DNA from: an uncultured Candidatus Saccharibacteria bacterium
Lineage (GTDB): Bacteria > Patescibacteriota > WWE3 > UBA101185 > UBA10185
DNA: 60,307 nt
Assembly: GCA_964612565.1 (NCBI GenBank)
Contig: CAZTDP010000006.1
Span: 1-60,307, forward strand
Reading direction: 5' to 3'
Both the position numbers and the translations under genes were made by a program. Below, piece after piece: positions 43,629 through 51,659 of this stretch. Within the stretch, counting starts at the first letter, position 1, and each line of letters opens with the position of its first letter. Below the pieces are notes generated by a model that searched no databases, was not told where the DNA came from, and was given only the letters and a program-made list of their open reading frames with translations.

Positions 43629-45248
43629 TCAACCGAATCCGCCAGGGGCATCGTAGCCTCCCCAGCGGGACATGTCTTCGAAGAGGCCGTCGTTGTCGAC
43701 TGGCCTTGCATCTTCCTTGATCTGGTCCAGCGACAACACGAACGCGCTCACCAAGTCACCGTGGGCCCAGTTGACCTCGGGCGAGAAGATGCGAACGCCA
43801 CCACCGCTCGTAGGCTTCTTCACGACGTCACGAAGCTGGTTAGCTAGTCGCTGGAACTGTGGCGGGATGTCGATCTTGTTTGCGTGGAGCAGGTCCCTGA
43901 CTCGCGTGTATGAGTCGATCTTCCCCTGCTGGCCGCCTACACACGGAGTGAGCCAAACACCATCCGGGAGATGCTCCCGAGCGGCTTCTAGCTCGTGGTG
44001 GTCGACTTCGATTTCATTCGCCCCATGGCGCTGAGCCACAGACGAAAAGTCCTTGATGACCTCGGAGAGCTTGAGCGGGGCGCCCTTGGTTGGCTTCTTC
44101 TCGACGACCTCGGCGACCAGGTATCTGCCGTCTTTCTCGTGAACCACAACGACGGCCGCGGAGTTGCGAACAAGAGCAAGATCGCCGCCAACGCCAACCC
44201 GAACGCCTCGCGGGGCATCTGTTCGCGGCTCGACGTCTACATTGACACGGCACGCGTCGCGGTCGAAGAAGTTCGATCCGCCCACCACCATGAACTGGGC
44301 CCCGAACTCTCGGAGCGCGTTGTCAGGGTCGCGGGATTCCTCGCGGGCAACCGCGTCGATGTTCCGCTGTGTCGGAAGCATCAACAGCGTCGGCGCCGTG
44401 ACGGCTATTGCTGTTACTGGGTGGCCGAAGTTGAGCTTGAACTCGTCGAATAGCAGTCCAGCCTCTGCCCATGGCGTCGAAGCGACGACGACCATGCCGC
44501 CGGGGAGAACGCGTGCGGTAACGGCCTGGAACACGTCCCGGTCGTTGACAACATAGGACTGGTCACGAAAGAACGCACACTCGTCGAGGACAGCCGAAAC
44601 GAGCGACTTGCCACGAAGACCAGCGCCGCCGCGCCCAGCTGCTCGACAGAGGATTGAAACCGTCTGTCCGTCTGGTCGCCGCAGAACGATTGAGTCGGCG
44701 TTGTCAGCAACAACCAACCCGGATAGCTCCTGGTCTGCGTTGATTGCCCCCTTGGCGTAGTTGAGCGTCTGGTGTGCGAGACCAAGATCGGGTGCCACCA
44801 CGAGGGCCACCGCAACCTCACCAGGGGCGAGGGTAGATAGGTCCGCGTAGATCGCCCGGTAAACCGAGTACAGCGCCGAGAGCAGGTATGACTTGCCACC
44901 GCGGGCGCCGCAGACTGCCACCAGAATGGCGCGGGTAACCGGAGGGAACCTGTCGACGTCGCCGAATAGCTTGCGTGCTATCTCCAGGTCGCCAGGCGGC
45001 AGATCTATCGGGTCAACGCCGTCGAAGACGACCGTGACCATGACGCGCTGTGCCTCAGAGAGGGAGCGCGTGGAATCTTGGAGGCGGACCAGGCGGGAGG
45101 CGAAGTCGACGAAGCGTGGCTGGTCGACGATGACCTGCTTGGCATCAGTGAACCGCCGCGGACTCGTCTGCGTCCTCTTGGCTCGCTCTTGGTCCGCCCA
45201 GGCCTTCATCGCCTGGAGCTGCTTCACCGTCTGAATCAGGTCTGACAC
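43629..45248 (-). CDS. terL: terminase large subunit
   Basis: GTG 45248 follows AGGTGA. Walker A-like VCGARGGKSY. 539 aa. The C-terminal region looks nuclease-like. Confidence 0.7.
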   Translation of the reverse strand: MSDLIQTVKQLQAMKAWADQERAKRTQTSPRRFTDAKQVIVDQPRFVDFASRLVRLQDSTRSLSEAQRVMVTVVFDGVDPIDLPPGDLEIARKLFGDVDRFPPVTRAILVAVCGARGGKSYLLSALYSVYRAIYADLSTLAPGEVAVALVVAPDLGLAHQTLNYAKGAINADQELSGLVVADNADSIVLRRPDGQTVSILCRAAGRGGAGLRGKSLVSAVLDECAFFRDQSYVVNDRDVFQAVTARVLPGGMVVVASTPWAEAGLLFDEFKLNFGHPVTAIAVTAPTLLMLPTQRNIDAVAREESRDPDNALREFGAQFMVVGGSNFFDRDACRVNVDVEPRTDAPRGVRVGVGGDLALVRNSAAVVVVHEKDGRYLVAEVVEKKPTKGAPLKLSEVIKDFSSVAQRHGANEIEVDHHELEAAREHLPDGVWLTPCVGGQQGKIDSYTRVRDLLHANKIDIPPQFQRLANQLRDVVKKPTSGGGVRIFSPEVNWAHGDLVSAFVLSLDQIKEDARPVDNDGLFEDMSRWGGYDAPGGFG

Positions 45249-45627
45249 CCATCACCTGCCAGGATCCGAACAGGGTCCCAACCTTCTCCAGTGAGCCGGT
45301 CGCCTCGGTAATGGTTGCCTTTGGCCCGGTCTCTATGATCCTGTCCAGGAGCACGTCGATCGCTCGCTGCATCCGGCTTCGGTTGCGGCTGGCGGCCCGC
45401 TCTTTCTCCCCCGCGATCAGCTGCGACAACTCCGGACTTGCGCCCGAGTTTACCTGCGCCTGGTAGCGTTGGATCGTTCTGCGATTTACGCCAAATTCTT
45501 TCGCTGTCGCACTGACACCGAATGTCGCAGCATGCGACAACATAATCGCGATCTCGGTGTCGTCTCGGAAGGCCTTGCGGGACTTCGGAGACTGGCGCTT
45601 GCCGGTGGTCTTAGGCCTCTTGGCCAT
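45145..45627 (-). CDS. terminase small subunit-like HTH protein
   Basis: Basic N-terminus. HTH motif VSATAKEFGVNRRTIQRY. Overlaps the terL start by about 100 nt. Confidence 0.5.
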   Translation of the reverse strand: MAKRPKTTGKRQSPKSRKAFRDDTEIAIMLSHAATFGVSATAKEFGVNRRTIQRYQAQVNSGASPELSQLIAGEKERAASRNRSRMQRAIDVLLDRIIETGPKATITEATGSLEKVGTLFGSWQVMGVRPDSDGEAAPGDEGLGGPRASQEDADESAAVH

Positions 45628-45952
45628 CTCTCAACCTGTCCAACTGCCTCGCCAGGCACCGCTCCCCGACGGAGGCGGTCAGTACGCCAGCTCTTGCCAC
45701 CAGCTTGGCCCGTGGACGCGCTTTCGCGGTTCGTCTGTGGCGTTGGAGCCAGGTGGGCGGGACGTCTATCGTGACGCGGCGTGGCATCGGGGAAAGTCAA
45801 CTCGCCCACCACAAGCGGGGGCGGGCAGGCGAGTTGGGGAAAGCTGCCAGTGGCCGGGGCCGGTCTGGCTGTTGTAGGTGTCACGGGCTTCGCGCTTCCG
45901 CCTCTCCTGGTTTGAGTAGCGTGCGCGTGTGCACCTATATATTGCTGCATTC

Positions 45953-45970
45953 TACCGGACATACCGGACA
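45953..45970. repeat. perfect tandem 9-mer x2 in a promoter-like AT-richer segment
   Basis: TACCGGACA TACCGGACA on the + strand, which is TGTCCGGTA x2 on the - strand. It runs into TAGAAT and then CAATATATAGG. Confidence 0.8.
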
Positions 45971-45978
45971 AACTATTT

Positions 45979-46275
45979 TCAGGCACTGCGACGTTCGAGC
46001 CTTGAAAGCCGCTCTTCGACGGTCAAAACGTCTGACTCGAGCATCCCAACTCTGTCCGTCAGGTCTTCGACGGCCGCACTCGAACCGCCACGGAGAATCT
46101 CTCGGAGGGCCCGCGCGTCTACCCGCAGTCGCCCGCGTTCGGCTCCACTTGGGCGAGTCAGCAGCCCCAGCTCTGGCCGCGCCTTATGCCGCTTCGTTAG
46201 CAGCTCATGGGCCCACGATCGCTTGATCCCCATGAGCTCAGCAGCTGCCACGAGGGAGATGGTAGCGTCCTTCAC
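45979..46275 (-). CDS. HTH DNA-binding protein (excisionase/MerR-like) with C-terminal coiled coil
   Basis: GTG 46275 forms a GTGA overlap. ISLVAAAELMGIKRSWAHELL is the HTH motif. Confidence 0.5.
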   Translation of the reverse strand: MKDATISLVAAAELMGIKRSWAHELLTKRHKARPELGLLTRPSGAERGRLRVDARALREILRGGSSAAVEDLTDRVGMLESDVLTVEERLSRLERRSA

Positions 46276-46835
46276 GCTGCACCCCCGATCGCCGCCTGTG
46301 CCCGAAGCAGTCCCCACATGGTGTGCGCTTGCTCGAGCTCCCGGGCTGCCAGGTTCTCGGCCCACCGGTTGCCGCCCTTCTTTGGGGCGCCGTCGAGTAG
46401 CCGCGCCACTTGGCATCGGTGGGACTCGTCTTGCCGGTGCGTCTCGTCAACATTGGCCGCTGCCACCATGGCCACTACAGCCAGGTCACCTAGCTGCCCA
46501 TGGAGGCCCGGCGGTAGCTTCTCGCGGCTGTAGCAGTACCGCGCCGCCAAGAGCCACCGGTGATAGAGCGAGAGCGCTTCCCAGGTGGCCTCGCATCGGC
46601 GCGCGCGCCCGAAGTTCCGATGTAGCAGAACGAGCTCGGGCCCGTTCTCGAACGGCTCAATCCGGATGATGCCGCAGCCCTTCGTGCCCTTGCACCCGCC
46701 TGTCCCGCCGCGCTCAATGACGGCGACGAGCCCGCCGAAGTTCGAGCGCTCGCCCATCAGTCGCGCCACTTCGGTCAGGTACCACTCGACCTCTCTGTTG
46801 TATCCGCCACGCTGAGTCGTTGACTTTCCCGTCAT
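46272..46835 (-). CDS. hypothetical protein
   Basis: ATG 46835 (GTG 46859 is also possible). No motif recognised. Confidence 0.5.
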   Translation of the reverse strand: MTGKSTTQRGGYNREVEWYLTEVARLMGERSNFGGLVAVIERGGTGGCKGTKGCGIIRIEPFENGPELVLLHRNFGRARRCEATWEALSLYHRWLLAARYCYSREKLPPGLHGQLGDLAVVAMVAAANVDETHRQDESHRCQVARLLDGAPKKGGNRWAENLAARELEQAHTMWGLLRAQAAIGGAA

Positions 46836-46890
46836 TCCGTGACAAGTCCTCTCTGTCACGGAGCAGCATCGGAGTTCCTTCTCGAATCAG

Positions 46891-46926
46891 CCGCCTCGGT
46901 CGCAAGCCGGGGCGGTTGGCTTTTTG
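46891..46926 (+). terminator. hairpin plus T-run oriented on the + strand inside the - strand arm
   Basis: CCGCCTCGG (46891-46899) pairs with CCGGGGCGG within 46906-46915 (one G.U pair). TTGGCTTTTTG follows. Confidence 0.35.
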
Positions 46927-46932
46927 TGGGAG

Positions 46933-48285
46933 CTAGGCGGCGGTTTTTCGCTCGGGCCACAGAGCGAACGCACAACGGATCGCAAGCTCAAGATGTCCGT
47001 TTTGCTCGATCCAGTCGAGGTAATCGATCTGCTCACCGTGGAGCAACTGGTAGTCCGCAACGCTCGCTAGGACACTGACACCGTGACGCTCCATCTCAGC
47101 GTAGAGCCCGTGCCACAGGGTCCGGATCGTCTTCGAGTAGTCATCGACGTCGGCAGGAATCTGCGCCTTGATCTTCTTCACGAGACCCATTCGGCGATTG
47201 ACAGGAAACCGAAAGCGCTCTTGGCGAGTTGGCTTTGGCTCCTGAGTTCGACGAGGGGCCGGAGCGGTTGCCACTGGATGCGTTGGGTCGTTCTGTGGAG
47301 CTGGCTTAGCTGCCACCAGCAAACCCTTGAGCCCCTCGAGCAGTAGCGCGTCCCTTCGCTCGTTCGCTCGTTCCGTTGCCGCCTGTTGCTCGCGCATGAA
47401 CGCCAGGATCGTCGAGGTTGGGTCAACCAGTGGGGAGGCGACTAGCTGGTTCTCGAAGCGCTCCTGCAACGAGTCGAGGGCGGCAATAAACTCGACCGTT
47501 AGGTCATTGGCGATAGCCGTCCCCGACTTCGCAATCAGGTACATGGCCTGGCGCTTGTTATAGAGGGGCTCGTCGACCGTTCGGAAGCCATTCCCGCACG
47601 CAACGCTCTTCCGTGATACGCGGATGTGCCCGGATTTGTTCAATTGTTCGGCATGAACCGGCTTCTCAGCAAGCTCCTTCAGTGTGCTCGATCGCTCATA
47701 CCCCAACCGATCCGCCAGGTCCGTAAGCGAGACAACGGCAGCCTTGGCCGCCTGTGCGGTCTTGGCCTCAATCCGAAAGCGCCAGTCGCCCTCGTGGACC
47801 ACGATCCCGGTTTCTGACTGCGTGATGTCACTTCCGGCATTGACAGGCGACTGAACTACCTGGCTGACCGGAGCCGCCTCGACCTCGACGGTGGCCGACA
47901 CCACTCGGACGGTCTCCTCGCCCTGTGGCTTCCCCAGGTCGCGCACGAGAAGCGCCAGCTGGTCGCGCGCAACCTGGTTGTGTGGCTCGTCCGGCTTGAG
48001 AAGGGACCGGATCGTGCACTTCGCGTAGTTGATCGCTGCGGCCTTGTCCGGGTACTTCACCCGCACAAGCGGAGTCGTGGTCAGCCACTTCGCGGCGGCC
48101 TCTTCTCCGCCGAACGCCTCGATCTTGTCACTGAGCTCCCTAAGCTGGTGCATCGATAAAGCTCGGACGGTTGATGGTTTTTGCTTGTTCTTCTTGCCCA
48201 TGCTCTGCCTTTCGTAGATACGCTGCGCTCTTCGCAGCTCAAGAACCTTTGCTTGCTTGTGTGTTGTGTGTGTTATTGGTTTCAC
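46933..48285 (-). CDS. phage regulatory / antirepressor-like protein (Rha/AntA-like central region)
   Basis: VVSLTDLADRLGYERSSTLKELAEK ... EPLYNKRQAMYLIAKSGTAIANDLTVEFIAALDSLQE resembles Rha-type domains. Start uncertain (GTG 48285 or the ATG for MGKKNKQ). Confidence 0.4.
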   Translation of the reverse strand: MKPITHTTHKQAKVLELRRAQRIYERQSMGKKNKQKPSTVRALSMHQLRELSDKIEAFGGEEAAAKWLTTTPLVRVKYPDKAAAINYAKCTIRSLLKPDEPHNQVARDQLALLVRDLGKPQGEETVRVVSATVEVEAAPVSQVVQSPVNAGSDITQSETGIVVHEGDWRFRIEAKTAQAAKAAVVSLTDLADRLGYERSSTLKELAEKPVHAEQLNKSGHIRVSRKSVACGNGFRTVDEPLYNKRQAMYLIAKSGTAIANDLTVEFIAALDSLQERFENQLVASPLVDPTSTILAFMREQQAATERANERRDALLLEGLKGLLVAAKPAPQNDPTHPVATAPAPRRTQEPKPTRQERFRFPVNRRMGLVKKIKAQIPADVDDYSKTIRTLWHGLYAEMERHGVSVLASVADYQLLHGEQIDYLDWIEQNGHLELAIRCAFALWPERKTAA

Positions 48286-48289
48286 ATTT

Positions 48290-48466
48290 TCACCTCAACC
48301 CCGCCAGCCACCTCTCGCCCTTCGCCGTGAGCCTCCGCTGCCTCGTACCCGTGACCTCGGCGCGACCATCGGCAATCATCCGGTCGATAGCGTTCGCCTT
48401 GTCGTGGGGCTTCACGTCGAGGTTGTCGGCGATGGCGGCGAGCTCGTGAAGTTGGGTGGGGGTCAT
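48290..48466 (-). CDS. small winged-helix-like protein (58 aa), below the ORF-track cutoff
   Basis: ATG 48466 forms an ATGA overlap. Reads MTPTQLHELAAIADNLDVKPHDKANAIDRMIADGRAEVTGTRQRRLTAKGERWLAGLR. Confidence 0.45.
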   Translation of the reverse strand: MTPTQLHELAAIADNLDVKPHDKANAIDRMIADGRAEVTGTRQRRLTAKGERWLAGLR

Positions 48467-48774
48467 GGAGAAACCCTCGTCATGTAGTTTCTAAGTGGCA
48501 GAACGATCGGTTTCTTCTTCAGCGCCTCTCTGTTCTGCTCGAAGTAGCTACCATCCTCGAAGCTCTTGGCGAGCTTTTCGCTTACTGGAGTGACGAAAGA
48601 CACGGACATCGCTGGAAACGGAATGCCGCAAAACGTCATAACAGGAAGCGCTCCGCGGCTCACGGTTCCGCTGGCAAACACCGTCTCGCGGTACTGTCCA
48701 CGGACGCGACGGATGGACCCTGGTGGTCGCCGCCGCGCTTGGCGCAGTGCCTTGACAGCTTGGTGTAGGTTCAC
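48463..48774 (-). CDS. hypothetical protein (103 aa)
   Basis: ORF track. The N-terminus MNLHQAVKALRQARR is similar to that of the upstream gene. Confidence 0.5.
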   Translation of the reverse strand: MNLHQAVKALRQARRRPPGSIRRVRGQYRETVFASGTVSRGALPVMTFCGIPFPAMSVSFVTPVSEKLAKSFEDGSYFEQNREALKKKPIVLPLRNYMTRVSP

Positions 48775-49058
48775 GCCTTCCTCACTTCCAAAACCTCAAC
48801 CTTCGCGTCACCTGGAATCAACACGTACCCTTTCGCGTTGAGCTCCTCAACCATCTTCGAGAACATGCCTCGCAGCTTGTTCGCTGCATCCGGGCACGGG
48901 CGCCGCATCCCACGAAACGGATCGATTCTCCTGGCCTCTCGCCGACCAAACCTGTAGGCCTCGCGTTTGATCTCGGACGCAACCTGACCCTTGAGCGTCG
49001 CGAGCTTGTGACGTCGAGCGAGTAGCGTTAGGCGGCGGATGGCTTGGCGGAGGTTCAT
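48771..49058 (-). CDS. hypothetical basic protein (95 aa)
   Basis: ORF track. N-terminus MNLRQAIRRLTLLARR. Confidence 0.5.
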   Translation of the reverse strand: MNLRQAIRRLTLLARRHKLATLKGQVASEIKREAYRFGRREARRIDPFRGMRRPCPDAANKLRGMFSKMVEELNAKGYVLIPGDAKVEVLEVRKA

Positions 49059-49249
49059 GGTTCAGCGCCTGGTTCCTTCGGCGACTCAAACGCCAGGCAT
49101 TTGCACAGCTGGCGCCCGTTAGAAACGAGGCACTTACCTCCAAACTCTCCTTCGTTGTGGATGCATAGGCACTCATCATCGCAGCAATGCTCGTACCTCT
49201 TGTGACCGCATACGCACACGTCGTCAGGGTCGCACATGTACTCGCTCAT
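49055..49249 (-). CDS. small Cys-rich protein (64 aa)
   Basis: 11 Cys in 64 aa (CDPDDVCVCGHKRYEHCCDDECLC...). Confidence 0.55.
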   Translation of the reverse strand: MSEYMCDPDDVCVCGHKRYEHCCDDECLCIHNEGEFGGKCLVSNGRQLCKCLAFESPKEPGAEP

Positions 49250-49251
49250 TG

Positions 49252-49539
49252 TCAGTCACCAATCCTCTCGAGCAAGACGCGATAGGTTCCGGTTCTTGGT
49301 GGAATAACCTCAACCGGGTCGTCCTTGTCGTGGTCAAAGAACTCGGTTCCGCAGTCGATGACGTTCACGCCGTCTGGTTCAATCACCCACGGACCGCTGC
49401 CTTTCTTCCTAGCCACAACACGACCGCCATCGTTGTAGATGACCATCTCTCCAGGAAACAAACCGTCAGCGTTGAATGAACGCGATTCGCAAGTCACAGA
49501 AAAACGGCTCGCCTCTTCTTGCTTGGTTTCTTCCGTCAC
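49252..49539 (-). CDS. hypothetical protein (95 aa)
   Basis: GTG 49539 follows AAGGAGGAAGC; in frame within track ORF 49252..49680. Confidence 0.5.
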   Translation of the reverse strand: MTEETKQEEASRFSVTCESRSFNADGLFPGEMVIYNDGGRVVARKKGSGPWVIEPDGVNVIDCGTEFFDHDKDDPVEVIPPRTGTYRVLLERIGD

Positions 49540-49549
49540 GCTTCCTCCT

Positions 49550-49795
49550 TCACCAGCACTTCGCGAGGCCTTTGCGCCTCCATGGCTTGCACCGCGAGGC
49601 GCCTTCCACCAGTTCCCTGCGCCTCTCTTGCCGACACGCTTTGCAGTCGTTTCGGTGTCCGTCCGGGTTGTGCGCGTCACGCTGGAAGCACGAGATTGGC
49701 CACCATTCGAGGCACTGAGTACACTGCTTGCGCCTGCCCTCGTTCGGGACTGCGCGCGGAACGAACTTGCCTTTGGTGCTGACCGGTTTTTCCAT
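49550..49795 (-). CDS. zinc-ribbon protein (81 aa)
   Basis: ATG 49795. CTQCLEWWPISCFQRDAHNPDGHRNDCKACR is a C..C...p...F......dG....CK.C motif seen N-terminal in some phage endonucleases. Confidence 0.5.
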   Translation of the reverse strand: MEKPVSTKGKFVPRAVPNEGRRKQCTQCLEWWPISCFQRDAHNPDGHRNDCKACRQERRRELVEGASRCKPWRRKGLAKCW

Positions 49796-49867
49796 GGACC
49801 TCACCTGTCGGAATCGCTTGTAGCTCTGTTGTGACAGAGGCTCGGGGAGGGGCAAGGGGAATTGATG

Positions 49868-50494
49868 TCATATCCACCCGCCACCAAAACTCGTCTGCTC
49901 GCGCCTCGGCTGTGGCCTTCCGTATTGCGCGGCACCGATCGCGTCGTCCATATCAGCCACGCTCCTTCGTTGCTCCGCTTCACGCCTGAGATCGGCGGCC
50001 AACCTAGGCCTGTTCACCTGCATCCCGCTTGCGATCTTCTTCGCATAACGGTGCATCTTCTCCCAGTCGCGAAGGTCGTCGTCACTGCAGTGTTCCGGGG
50101 ACTGCCTGAGGTACGTCTGGGCAGTCGCTCGAGCGTCGTCGCATTGCTCGCGAGTGTCACCAAGTTTCCCGTCTAAAGCCTGCTTTCCTAGCCGAACAAG
50201 ACGAGCGCGCTCCTTCTGCCACTCGACCTCCCGATCCTGACGCTTCGCCTCCGCAATCTCGTCTCCGTGCTCGAAGATTCGCCACCATTGGGCGGCAAGT
50301 AGCGCTGCCGTGGTGCGATCTTCGATCCCCCGTAGGTCGTCCAGTGATGCTGGAGATCCTTCGCGCGGCCGCTCCGAAGGCTTTCGACGAAGCAGATGAT
50401 CGCGCCATTCAGTATCGAACGGGTAGTTCGCGTTGACCCAGCGCAACCAGCCAATGTCTGTTGTGTCGGTCGGTTTTGGTGTGTACTCGGTCAA
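49868..50494 (-). CDS. hypothetical protein (208 aa)
   Basis: TTG 50494 follows AAGGAG and forms a TTGA overlap with the upstream stop. Confidence 0.45.
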   Translation of the reverse strand: MTEYTPKPTDTTDIGWLRWVNANYPFDTEWRDHLLRRKPSERPREGSPASLDDLRGIEDRTTAALLAAQWWRIFEHGDEIAEAKRQDREVEWQKERARLVRLGKQALDGKLGDTREQCDDARATAQTYLRQSPEHCSDDDLRDWEKMHRYAKKIASGMQVNRPRLAADLRREAEQRRSVADMDDAIGAAQYGRPQPRREQTSFGGGWI

Positions 50495-51657
50495 GTTCCG
50501 CTCCTTCTTCGCTCTTCCTCCGCAAGCATCGCAGCCACCCGCGGGTTGATGTTCGTTGGTCTCATCTCTGCAGCTGAATCCAGCAGCCGTCTGAGCACCG
50601 TTTGCGACAGGCAACCGATGTCGCGTTTTCGCGCCTGATCTCTGTCGCTTCCCTTGCGCCCACAGCACCAGTCGTCGCGCGCCGCGGCCTCACAAGCGCG
50701 CAGCAACTCTTCCTCGGTCGCCACCTCGAACGCCTCGAGCAGCGCCGTCAGCGGTCTGTTCCGGTCCCCGTAACTTCCGAGCGGGCGCACCTGTAGTCCA
50801 ACCGCGCGCGCCCATGCCTCGTTGACCCTCACGAGCTCTGGTCGATCGCCGAGCGGAGCGAACGCCGCGTCGTGCTGGTTCAACCTGCAACGCTTGGCCA
50901 GCTCGCCGACAGGGCAGCTCATCAGGTCGTCAGTCGCCCGGACGCGCCTCGTCGCCAATGGCACGCATTTGGGTTCTGACGGGGGGATAGGTCTCGAGGG
51001 CTCCGAGTGCGCGGGCTGGGGTGCGTTCGGCTGTCCTTGCTCCGGCTGCGCCCCGGCGTTGGCTGGTCTCGCCTCAGACCGGACCCGAGTCACTGACGGC
51101 GGTGGCGGCGGGAGCGTAGCGCTATCGCGCTGGGTAGCTGTCAGGTCTTTAGATCCCACCTCCGGGTTAAGATCTGATCTGGTAGGAAGCAAAGAAGGGG
51201 AGTTAAGAGTGACCAAAACGGTCGGATTTTCGACATCCTTGACATCGCGTGACTCAAACGGGACGTTTCGTCCCGAATCGGTCACGTTTCGTGACGCTTT
51301 GGTCACGAAACGTGACCGCGCCCGATGTCGCTCGCGTTGCTCACGCTTGCGCTGCTGGTCGGTCATGGCGACCTCTTGGGCCTCGATGTAGTTCGGCATA
51401 ACCAGTCCACAATCCGAGAGCTCGACCACTTCGCGCTTGAGGAGCCTAGACAGGCCGGCCGCTACGATTTCAACCGGCATCCCGTTTGCGAATATCAACG
51501 CCAGGTCCTCCCCGTCGAAGACACCAGCCAGCACACCGGCTCGATCGAGCTTCCTGAGCATCAGAGCGAGGACGCATTGCCCCTCCCAACCGAGCAGCAT
51601 CCAGGTCTTGGTGTCGCGCACGTAGAGACGTGCGTAGTTCTCGTTTGCCCAATCCAT
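50491..51657 (-). CDS. replisome organiser / replication initiator-like protein
   Basis: The N-terminus MDWANENYARLYVRDTKTWMLLGWEGQCVLALMLRKLDRAG fits the phage replisome-organiser N-domain pattern. A Pro-rich linker follows. Iterons lie inside the gene. Confidence 0.5.
   Translation of the reverse strand: MDWANENYARLYVRDTKTWMLLGWEGQCVLALMLRKLDRAGVLAGVFDGEDLALIFANGMPVEIVAAGLSRLLKREVVELSDCGLVMPNYIEAQEVAMTDQQRKREQRERHRARSRFVTKASRNVTDSGRNVPFESRDVKDVENPTVLVTLNSPSLLPTRSDLNPEVGSKDLTATQRDSATLPPPPPSVTRVRSEARPANAGAQPEQGQPNAPQPAHSEPSRPIPPSEPKCVPLATRRVRATDDLMSCPVGELAKRCRLNQHDAAFAPLGDRPELVRVNEAWARAVGLQVRPLGSYGDRNRPLTALLEAFEVATEEELLRACEAAARDDWCCGRKGSDRDQARKRDIGCLSQTVLRRLLDSAAEMRPTNINPRVAAMLAEEERRRSGT
51247..51317. 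promoter_or_regulatory. candidate replication origin iterons
   Basis: Three 15-17-bp palindromes: GGGACGTTTCGTCCC (51260-51274), GTCACGTTTCGTGAC (51281-51295) and GGTCACGAAACGTGACC (51301-51317). An extra CGTGAC half-site lies at 51248-51253. An AT-richer stretch (51186-51246) is adjacent. Confidence 0.55.
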
Positions 51658-51659
51658 CG

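Noticed and set aside
45145-45248. A possible frameshift or sequencing error behind the ~100-nt terS/terL overlap
   Set aside because: Both reading frames look protein-like across the overlap, and terL has an AGGTGA RBS at GTG 45248. No slippery motif was seen. I left it as a genuine overlap with an uncertain terL start.
45953-45970. A shared regulator for the tandem TGTCCGGTA repeats and the GCGTACCGGTACGC palindromes, via the common CCGGTA core
   Set aside because: Only a hexamer is shared, and it should occur tens of times by chance in 60 kb of GC-rich DNA. That is not enough to link the sites.
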